From: Eledone cirrhosa
Taxonomy: Eukaryota
DNA: 64,000 bases
NCBI GenBank assembly: GCA_964016885.1
Contig: OZ024740.1
Location: 368,528,001 to 368,592,000 of the forward strand
Direction: 5' to 3'
This document shows positions 53,698 to 64,000 of this stretch, piece after piece (position 1 is the stretch's first letter; every line of letters starts with the position of its first letter). The notes below the pieces were generated by a model. It saw only the letters and a list, made by a program, of their open reading frames with translations, made no database searches and was not told the origin of the DNA. A program made the position numbers and the translations under genes.

Positions 53698-53700
<3 letters not shown>
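53405..53700. mobile_element. Collapsed non-coding derivative of PLE family D
   Basis: 53405-53630 matches 54688-54900 (including the tcctcag core at 53497); 53634-53698 is the reverse complement of the 54601-54662 tail; (TA)n on both sides. Confidence 0.8.
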
Positions 53701-53751
<51 letters not shown>

Positions 53752-54019
53752 ACGGCGATGAATTAGTTTTGCGAGGGTTTTGATATAAAATCGTGTGTCG
53801 AAACATATATTGTATATGTATTTTTGACCGTTGCTCAGTCAATGGTAACATTGACGACCGAATAAATTAAATTAAACGATATAAAAGACAGAAAAGCGAA
53901 AACCAACCAAATAGTGAGCGTGTTCTGTTATTAATTCTGGTAATATTATTACACAAATATGATCCTCCCCAAATATATGTATATATATATATATATGCAT
54001 ATATATATGTATGTATATG

Positions 54020-54082
<63 letters not shown>

Positions 54083-55399
54083 TTATGTGTCCAACTGTTT
54101 TTATGCGTGTAGCCTACGATCCTCCTCATGTTCTCTGTCTTTCAAATTCCATTACGTTTTACATGATGCTATTATGAAAGTAAATTGCATGAGCTGCCAT
54201 GCAATGAATATATAATATAGAAGCTAATGACTCACAGATAAGAAATGGTTGGCTTTGTTGCTTTTAATTTATATTTGACAATGTGGCTATGTCAGATATT
54301 GGTAGCATATATGTGAGTGGAAATCTTATATAGCATGAACTTATATTTTGTTAGTGCATGAGATCGCTAAAACATATATGCATGAAATACACACATGAAT
54401 AGCTATTAACAGAGAAAATCATAGCATGCAAAACAACACTTCTATACATGTAGATAACTGACATGTGCGCTCCTACTGTAACATACACCCAGACGCGCTT
54501 ACACATATACAGATACGGACACACACACACATATATATGTTTGTTATATTTGTGTTTTTACATGTATATATGCCTATATATATATATATATATATATATG
54601 GAAAGTTATATTTAAATTGTTGGGTTACAACTAGTAAATATTTATAACTGATATAAAAGCACTCAACAAGTATTTGGAGTATATTTACGATATTAAATAA
54701 ATGGAAACTATATTTATAAAACCATATTTATTTCATTATATATATTTCAGGGATATCATATTAACAATATGTTATGCCTTCCTCAGACAAAATACAATAT
54801 AGACAGTTTTATAGATAAATAGATTTGACATACCGTTCAACATCGACTTGTATTTGAAAAAGTTGATTTGGCAGTGAAAAATTGTAAACAGAAAGAAAGA
54901 AAGAGAGAAAGAAGGAAAGAAAGAAAAGAAAGAAGGAAAACGAAGAAAAAGAAGAAAAAGAAGAAATGTATGCAACAAAATAGAGAGATGGAAAGATAGA
55001 TAAAGAGAAGAACTTCATGTAAAGAAACAGAGAGAGATATATATAGAGAGAGGAAATAGATAGAGATAGATATATATAGAGAAAAGTAGGTAGTTGGAAC
55101 GTATCAATGATACATTTATTTATTTATTTATTTATTTAGCTCTAGTATTAATGTAAGGGAGATATATGTGGTTAGGAAAGAAAACAGCCGTTATATAGAG
55201 AGAAAAATGAAAAGTAACCAGACATAGGCGAGGCATAATTTAAAAACCCTATGTTTTAATGTAGAAGTATTAGTACGTATAAAAACCAGGCGCTATAATG
55301 TAAATATCAGTATTCTTGAATGAGACACGTATCCATAATGTGTGAAGAGTAATGATCTTATGTTTAGTTTTAAAAATTCATATGTTTATATGATAACTA

Positions 55400-56939
55400 G
55401 ACGAGATTCTAGAGATACGTTTTTGAACAGAGTTTACTATGACCAACTATGGACCAGAGCAGATAGAGATAGCAATTTTGACATTACTATGGGATCATCC
55501 GACTCAGCTCAGGTAACTGACCTTGTGGGCTTATTTTTAATCAATTCGCTACATAGGAAAATACCTGGTACTACCGGAGGTTTATATAGAGATGACATGC
55601 TTTTACTTATTGATAATAATAACTCTGAACTAAATAGAAAAAGAAAACAAATTACACAATTTTTTAATTACTTTAATCTTAAAATAGAAATTGAGAACAA
55701 CTATAGAATTGTCAATTTCCTAGATATAACATTAAATCTCAACACATGTCTTCACTATCCTTTTCACAAGTTGAATGAAAACTTAAACTATGTCAGCTTT
55801 AACTCTAACCACCCCAGATCTGTCAAAAACACTATAGTAAACTCTGTTCAAAAACGTATCTCTAGAATCTCGTCTAATAGAAAGATTTTCGACGAAAAAG
55901 CCCAGTACTACAATGAAGCGTTAGCTAGAGCAGGATATAGTGATAAGATTATGTACATAGATAATTGTTTCTACTTTTGGCACAAGGCCAGCAATTACCC
56001 AGTGTATTACTGGTATTTTATTTTATCGACCCCGTAAGGATGAAAGGCAAAGTTAACCTTGGCGGGATTTGAACTCAGAATGGCAAGGACCGTAACTCTA
56101 TGCGTCAAAGCATGGCGTCCGACCCTCTACCGATACTGCCAATCCCCCACATAGATAATGATAGACAAACTAAACAAAATAACAACTATTTTAATTACGG
56201 CAACAACCTTAACAAATATAATAGAAAGCATTACAATAATTCCAAAAGCCAAAAAAGAAATAGAACTAGGAACATAATTTGGTTTGCCCCCCCTTTCTCC
56301 CTAAACATTAAAACCCACATCGCTAAACTATTTTTTAAAGCTCTTGATAATCGCTTCCCTAGAACACATAGGTATCACTCAATTTTCAATAGACATACTA
56401 TAAAATTAACCTACTCATCCACCAAAAATTTAGCACAAAATATTAATAGAATAAATAATAGGAACTTAAAACCTAGTGATAATAGCATAAATAATATACA
56501 AGTTAACAAATGTAACTGTAGAGATAGATCTCAATGTCCGTTAAATAACAACTGCTTAGTTAAAAATATAATATACAATTGTAATGTTAAAACTGACTCT
56601 AATTCTTTTAACTACGTCGGTTCCACATCGACGGAATTTAAACTTCGCTATAATAACCACAAGAATTCTTTCACAGATCCAAGCAAAAAATCTTCAACAG
56701 CACTATCAGGCGTACTCTGGCAACTTATGCTAGATAACGTTAGATGTTCGACGGCTTGGAATATAGTCTCAAGAGGGATTCCTTTTAATTCATCCTCTGA
56801 GACATGTGACCTCTGCGCAGAGGAGATATTCTTTATACTAAAATCTAAAAATTCCCTTAATCTACGGACAAATTTATTCAGTTGCTGCAAACATAGATTA
56901 AACTCAACTTTTAAATATAAATTTAAATTTAAAATGTAG
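55400..56939 (+). pseudogene. PLE RT + CxCx5C + GIY-YIG ORF, 5'-truncated and split by a SINE
   Basis: FDITMGSSDSAQVTDLVG, GGLYRDDMLL, VNFLDITLNL, SNHP | WFAPPFS, CNCRDRSQCPLNNNC, NIIYNC..YVGST..FKLRYNNH, CDLCAEE; frames rejoin (KIMYIDN|DRQTK) after SINE removal. Confidence 0.9.
55966..56148 (-). mobile_element. Full-length tRNA-derived SINE with 11-bp TSD
   Basis: TSD ACATAGATAAT at 55955-55965 and 56149-56159; minus strand GGGGGATTGGCAGTATCGG (A box), GAGTTCAAATCC (B box). Confidence 0.92.
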
Positions 56940-58256
56940 TATATTTAGTTTATTTTATAATTATTTGGGAAACTAGCCGATAAATCTTTCGATTTCTTCT
57001 TTTTATTCTTCTTTTTCTTTTTATTTTTATTTAAACATTCTTCATGAAAAATTAAACTACCCTAAAAGTTGATGCTCCAAATATTTCGAATAAACGTTAC
57101 TCTAGATAAACTTCTATATTAAATATAAGAACACATGTAGACCAAATGGGCATCCTAAACTTTTTGAAATGATTTTTGCTAGACGCGATTTGATAAATCA
57201 TTTTTAGCTTTATCTGTTTTCGACTCTGATGCTTATAATGAACTTGGCAATATATTGTCAATTAATTTTGAAGGGTTGATCTTTGTGGTTTATTTTTATT
57301 ATTGTAATATTTTCTAATATTTTTATTTTTAATATGTAATATTTTTTTGTAATATTTTTATTTTTTAGTTTTCTACTTTATTATTATTTATTATTATTAT
57401 CATTATTATTTTTTGTTTTTGTTTCTGATATTTTTAATTAATATATTGAAATCTGTTCTCTATTTCTGCTTGATAGATAATCATGTAGAGTAAAGACAAG
57501 AATAGTATTGTTAAAATTAATATAGACTCTATATATATGTGTATATATATACACATATATGTATACTTAAATTTTTATAGCACAATGAGAATGTTCTCCG
57601 TGTGAAATAGGGGTTTGCAGAATTGATCACGTAAATTCACATCGATGTTTGTAGTTATCATATAAACATATGAATTTTTAAAACTAAACATAAGATCATT
57701 ACTCTTCACACATTATGGATACGTGTCTCATTCAAGAATACTGATATTTACATTATAGCGCCTGGTTTTTATACGTACTAATACTTCTACATTAAAACAT
57801 AGGGTTTTTAAATTATGCCTCGCCTATGTCTGGTTACTTTTCATTTTTCTCTATATATAACGGCTGTTTTCTTTCCTAACCACATATATCTCCCTTACAT
57901 TAATACTAGAGCTAAATAAATAAATAAATAAATAAATGTATCATTGATACGTTCCAACTACCTACTTTTCTCTATATATATCTATCTCTATCTATTTCCT
58001 CTCTCTATATATATCTCTCTCTGTTTCTTTACATGAAGTTCTTCTCTTTATCTATCTTTCCATCTCTCTATTTTGTTGCATACATTTCTTCTTTTTCTTC
58101 TTTTTCTTCGTTTTCCTTCTTTCTTTTCTTTCTTTCCTTCTTTCTCTCTTTCTTTCTTTCTGTTTACAATTTTTCACTGCCAAATCAACTTTTTCAAATA
58201 CAAGTCGATGTTGAACGGTATGTCAAATCTATTTATCTATAAAACTGTCTATATTG

Positions 58257-58346
58257 TATTTTGTCTGAGGAAGGCATAACATATTGTTAATATGATATCC
58301 CTGAAATATATATAATGAAATAAATATGGTTTTATAAATATAGTTT
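58257..58346 (+). ncRNA. Hammerhead-like motif of family D (also on the minus strand at ~54705-54794 and ~53422-53511)
   Basis: CTGAGGA(58265)-AGG CATA..TATG..CCT-GAAA-TATATATAA...TTATAAATA-TA; stem I pairing weak. Confidence 0.5.
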
Positions 58347-58420
58347 CCATTTATTTAATATCGTATATATATATATATATACGCCTATCTACAAATGTAT
58401 ATATGTATATATGCCTATCT

Positions 58421-58489
<69 letters not shown>

Positions 58490-58510
58490 TGTAATAAACA
58501 ACATAAGATA

Positions 58511-58577
58511 ATTATTTCATTAACCAGTAGTTTCTTGAAAGCAAACATTTGCTTTCAGTCATCAGAATGAAAAAAAT
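58511..58577 (-). ncRNA. Type I hammerhead ribozyme, minus-strand arm of the palindrome
   Basis: Minus strand: TTTCATT-CTGATGA-CTGAAAGCAAA tg TTTGCTTTCAA-GAAA-CTACTGG-TT-AATGAAA. Confidence 0.8.
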
Positions 58578-58628
58578 CCTGGTTTATTTATTGACAGTGG
58601 ATTTGACAGTGTCAATAAATACACCAGG

Positions 58629-58697
58629 ATTATTTCATTCTGATGACTGAAAGCAAATTTTGTTTGCTTTCAAGAAACCACTGGTAAATGAAATAAT
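58629..58697 (+). ncRNA. Type I hammerhead ribozyme, plus-strand arm of the palindrome
   Basis: ATTATTTCATT-CTGATGA-CTGAAAGCAAA ttttg TTTGCTTTCAA-GAAA-CCACTGG-TA-AATGAAATAAT: 11-bp stem I, 10-bp stem II, near-palindromic stem III, GUA triplet. Confidence 0.88.
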
Positions 58698-58726
58698 TAT
58701 CTTATGTTGTTTATTACATAACTATA

Positions 58727-58813
<87 letters not shown>

Positions 58814-58919
58814 AGATAGGCATATATACATATATACATGTGTAGATAGGCATATATATATATATATATCTATTTAATAATATTAACCTTAATTGAATAT
58901 ATATCCTACCAGGAATGCT

Positions 58920-59200
58920 TTTTGTGAAAATCAGTCTTATGGAACTATTGTCATCTTGCCTGACGATTTGAACTTTACAACACCACCTGCCTCTTTGAGG
59001 TCAAATACCAACCCTACTAGTATCTACAAACTGACCAATGAGAATTAAGACTATTCCTGCTGACAACATTAAATTATTCCTAACAAGCTCATATGTCCCA
59101 AGGCTCTGATACCATCAACACTATAAACACAGAGCTGGCATATCTAAGAACTGACTAACTGCATGATGAGGTCATAGACATTCAATGGCTATCATCGAAA
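58920..59200 (+). mobile_element. Possible degraded N-terminal fragment of a Hydra-like PLE ORF
   Basis: Remnants IVILPD, TSIYKLTNE, LLTT/DNI, TINTINTE loosely resemble the region upstream of the RT in copy B. Confidence 0.35.
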
Positions 59201-59255
59201 TTTATATAGCAGTAAATAAAGGATTGTGAGTTCATGCAATTGACTTATGTTTCGG

Positions 59256-59340
<85 letters not shown>

Positions 59341-60296
59341 GAGTACGATCAGTTTCTCGATATCACAACTGCCCAGTTGGATGAATAACATTAATCAATT
59401 TATCTATGGAATATGTGGCATTCTGGAATGTTTCCCCGCTTATCAAGCGAAGCAATGCTTTCGATTATACCACAAATTCATTTTCAGATTACTTGCGATC
59501 ATTTATACATTACGATTTTAAGTCTTCAATATTTGATATCATATATTTTGGTTATCATAAATCTATGATTCTAGTTATTGGCGCTAATTTCACTGCTGTT
59601 GTTGTTTTTACAGAGGCTAATGTTTATGTTGGCGCAGTTGTTTCTGTATCACAGTACTTTAAGTTTGGCTGAATATATATATAGTTACTTGGTAAAACTT
59701 CAGCTGTTATTAACAGTCCATTTAGACTATGTGTGAGATAATAATGTGCAAATTATCCTGCAGTGGCTTTTCATATAGGATGGAAATACATACCTAGAGC
59801 AAGTTCAGCTTCTCTCTCCCAGTACTGATACGGTACTGTACACTAACAATTGTTATTATTGGTGGTGTTGTTAGTGATGAAGATGGTGCTGGTAATTTAT
59901 AGCTCTACAAAAACCGTCGATGAAGGGACGGATATAATCTAAGGCTATATCGGTCAAGACTATATATTCAAGACTAAACCACCAATACTTCGGAGAAGTC
60001 TTATCCTCAAATCATTTTATATTCTTTCATTTTGAAATCAAAAGGGCGTTGTTTAATCGCTATTTTTCCTTATATTTTACAGATCGAACTTATACATTCA
60101 GGCGTCTTTATTGGATCGAGCTGTATACCATCATTCTGTGTAAGGGGGAGTGATAATATAATTGGTAGCTGACGTTCTGTTGGATAGTATTGTGTCGTAA
60201 GATCACTATAGTTAATGTGCAAGAATAGCTTTCTGGCTCTTTGTATATTGTTAGTCATTCCTCACAAACACAAACATAGACACATACATGCACACA

Positions 60297-60335
<39 letters not shown>

Positions 60336-61181
60336 GAGTATGCTATAAGGATTCTCCGCACTCTACGTTACTTACGTATACCACTCTAAATTGAATAATG
60401 GTTATACAAGATATAACTGGTTAAATTAAAACTACTTTTCTTTGAAGTTATCAGATACAATTTTGTTTCCCTTTCCAATATCTTCAAACGACTGAGTAAG
60501 CTTAGTTTGCGTTTCTATCCACGGGAATCGTATGTGCGTTGTTATAAAATGTCTATAGTTTTAGGACGGAAAATACATGCTTTCATTGAATAAATGTCTT
60601 CAAACAACCCATGACCATGAAATATGAGAAATCAGTTTCCTCTTTATAAATATTATCGAGGAAATGATAGTAGATGTTGTATTTCTATGTTGAAAGGCAT
60701 ATAAGAAAATAAAGTAATGTAATAGGATTAACGTTTCATAACACAGTGAAGTACTCTCATCTATACCTGTGTGAAACATAACAGAAATCATCCTTTTTGG
60801 AATTATTTCAAGCATAGTTGAAATCGGAACTGAGGATCATCTTTACTTATACTTATATTATGCATTAATTAGTCAAATGTTGTTTCATAATCACTGCGCC
60901 TTCCTTTACACTAACGTTTATGTTTCTTGAGATTAATATATGATGATTAAATACTCACACCCATTACAACTATTTTAGATTCGATGCCATTTTCGCATGT
61001 CAGTTTTGCTTCAAAGAGTATTAACAGAATATTATAGGATGCACAACCATCTATGTTTGTAAGTAGATTTTCTTCAAATCACAGGTAACCCTTTTAACGA
61101 AAAAGAATTTGGATAGAAACACACACACACACACGCACACACATACACATACACACGCACGCACACACACACACACACACA

Positions 61182-61254
<73 letters not shown>

Positions 61255-61459
61255 ATATATATATATATAAAAAATGTAATCGAGTTTTTTAATATGAATA
61301 ATAATATTCGATTCGTTTGCAATTATGTCAATAGAATGAGCCCCTCATTCTTGGTCTTGTGTTGGCATGCAAACAGAACTGCAGACACTAATGTTTCTGG
61401 GTGTTACCCTTCATCAGTACAGTTCACTGATCACCTGTCTATTATTTCCTTATATTTTG

Positions 61460-61535
<76 letters not shown>

Positions 61536-62362
61536 AACTGGTTTTGTACGTGATATTTATACATATATTTGAGTACATTTTATACTGCACAATGGAAGAA
61601 TGATGTAGGATGCCATTATTGGCATATTCAGCATATTAGATCTGCCCTTATCTCGCCATAGCTTTCAGCAACCAGCTAAAGGCCTTTAGGGTAAATATAA
61701 ATCATTTGTTGTAATCGATTCTTTCAACGTCCAATTACCAATTTGAATTAACATCAATTCCCTGAAGATAATTTAATGAATTCTAGAGTAAACACATATC
61801 TTTGCAGGTGGCATTTCCTGAACTTTTCTGAATTCGAAATATAATGCAATAGATTAATCTGTCTATAATATATACAATTTTAATGAGATATCTTTGATCA
61901 CTATATCTCCCATGAAATAGATAGTGCCTGGTGTGCGAATTTGCTACATGTTTTAATCATATGTTTCACTACTGGTACTAATATACAATACATGTACTGT
62001 ATATTTGCATGTAAATCGCAAATGATATGCTGTCATATTCACATGGAATTACTAGAGAAATATGGTACTCGTTTAAATGGTGGTGAAGAATATATAGTTT
62101 GCATCTTTTCAGATTGAACAAAGGGATAATGAAAATCATTTCCCCCTAAATATGTTATCATTTTAAATCCAGCTGGAATAAAATTAGCTATTTACGTCTC
62201 ATGAACTGATAATTGAAATAACATTGATAAGCATGGATGGAATTATTCTGCTAGTCCTCTCTGAAAATATTCGTATCAAAATGTTTAATTAGACAGTATT
62301 TTAACGTGCTCTTTTCTATTTAAAGTTAATCGGAAAACATTCATTATGAAAATAAAGCGTTC

Positions 62363-62545
62363 ATTGGCAATATTGGTAGAGGGTCATGCATGCTTTCCAG
62401 CGTAGTTACGTCACGTTACGATCTGATTTCAAACTCCGCCGAGGTTAACTTTGCCTTTCATCCTTACGGGGTCGATAAAATAAAGTACCAGTAATGTACT
62501 GGGTAATTGCTTGCCTTGTGCCAAAAGTAGAAACAATTATAATTA
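62363..62545 (+). mobile_element. tRNA-derived SINE
   Basis: attggcaatattggtagagggtc...gaggttaactttgcctttcatccttacggggtcgataaaataaagtaccag...gccttgtgccaaaagtagaaacaattat; same family as 55966-56148. Confidence 0.85.
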
Positions 62546-64000
62546 TATAATTAGTAAGTGTGCCCCATTCAGAATATATTCATAAATCAATATGCATATA
62601 TGTTATCTACACACACATGCATTCACAAAAACACACAAAGAATGTAATTTATATCAACGGAAGCTAAGAAATGTCTATGCTCAATGAAATACAAACAGGT
62701 ATGATATTTCAAAATATGTCATTTTCTCTTTGGAAATCATATGTCTGTATTCACCGATAATGAATTAAAGAATGCCAAGTGTTAAAATTGATTTTAAACA
62801 TATAAAACATCTAAATACTTAACTGTAAATAATTATACATGTACACATATGATCAGTCGTGAAATTTAATAGAAATTTGTCGTTTTTACATATTGATATA
62901 TCAGATTTCTTTTATCTGTAGTAGTGGTGGTGGGAGGGATGAATTAGTATGTACGGGGGCTTTGGTTACATTTCTGCTGTACTGGTGCTGAGAATATCCA
63001 GTTTGTTTATTATTTGAATATTTCTATGCAGGAATTTTACCCAAGAGATATATTGACAATGCGACGTATTTGTTTATGCATATTGATAACATATACGGTC
63101 TCTATTTTGAAACTGCTTGCTTTCGTTTAATCAATTATATTCCTCAAAGCAAGTCTAAGTGATTAATCAGTTTATTTGATAATGTAATTTCTACAACTAT
63201 ATCAAAATAGAAATATAGATACTGCTGATATTTAATTGAAAGAAAAATATCTTCTTGGGAATGGATAGATAGATCTTCAATAATTACAGAGATTTCAAAA
63301 ACTTAATTAGAAAACGAAAACATGTTACGATACACTAAAAAGTGTTTTGTATTTATCTTTCATTTTTCAAAAAAACCGTTATACATATATGTTTCTTAAT
63401 GTCACACGTCATTAGGCAAATGTCAACTTTATCATTAAAGTGGAATATAAAATATCGCTGAATATAAAATATCGCTGAAGGCAAATTCATGCATATACAT
63501 TCTCTTACGTTCACATACACTTACACGCTGGTACAGAAATGCATATACAATGATATTTAGATTGATAAAAACAAACATACACATACATGCACACATACAA
63601 ATATACATACAAACACACACACGTGTGAATTTATGAAAATACTAGGAAATATTATAATTTTTATGTGAAGTCATAATGCAGCTTATGAGAAAGGTTTAAT
63701 GAGCTACTATAATTAATTCTTATTTTATTCCGGATTTAAAATGTTATATTTTTATAGAAAGGTGGACGTAATAGTAATTTTTAATTAGTGTGTATATGTG
63801 AATGATGGTTTTGTAGGGTGTACATATCGCCCGTCACTCTTGTTATTACATAATTCGTAACATAGTAGAGGTAATGGAAATTGTTTCAGGATTTATATAA
63901 TTTAAATTACAAGAATTAACATAAGATAATGTGTCTCACTTACGTTGAGAAAATATTTATTAATTTAATTATTTAAGAAAGTGAAGATATATAATGATTG

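Larger units (their letters stand above)
54600..58365 (+). mobile_element. Young AT-rich Hydra-clade-like PLE (copy D) with 714-bp inverted pLTR arms, inserted in (TA)n
   Basis: 54686-55399 and 57652-58365 are inverted near-identical arms (mirror ORFs in the track); RT-GIY-YIG ORF lies between them. Confidence 0.9.
58383..58851. repeat. Large palindrome: unique core 58486-58722 plus mirrored (TA)n and gcctatctacaaa flanks
   Basis: gttatgtaataaacaacataagataattatttcatt... mirrors ...aatgaaataattatcttatgttgtttattacataac; 58383-58430 mirrors 58803-58851. Confidence 0.92.

Noticed and set aside
53750-53830. GAAA-CATATA ttg TATATG-TA stem III-like motif preceded by CGATGA
   Set aside because: Core is incomplete and stems I and II could not be paired; at best a decayed HHR

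Overview
AT-rich, microsatellite-dense eukaryotic genomic DNA. The repeat repertoire (tRNA-derived CORE-type SINEs, R4/Dong LINEs, abundant Penelope-like elements, long (TA)n/(CA)n runs) suggests a coleoid cephalopod such as Octopus; this is inference. Only one host exon was recognised: a 102-nt minus-strand exon (33907-34008) resembling the Venus-flytrap domain of GABA-B/class C GPCRs, so most of the window is probably intronic. The rest is mobile DNA: tandem R4/Dong-type REL non-LTR retrotransposons flanked by (TAA)n, two non-autonomous Helitrons, a hAT-Charlie/Buster transposon, an RTE fragment, SINEs, old MITEs and many Penelope-like elements (PLEs; Neptune-like, Nematis-like and several RT+GIY-YIG CxCx5C Hydra-clade-like subfamilies) sitting in (TA)n as inverted-repeat structures. 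The most striking signal is a set of type I hammerhead ribozyme (HHR) motifs at PLE ends. One family uses a non-canonical UUGANAA core (U3-A8 swap) with an enlarged stem II. Several short palindromic or collapsed non-coding derivatives keep only the element termini, including a ~240-bp palindrome with a complete HHR on each strand (58486-58722). All folds and alignments were done by eye; no searches were run.
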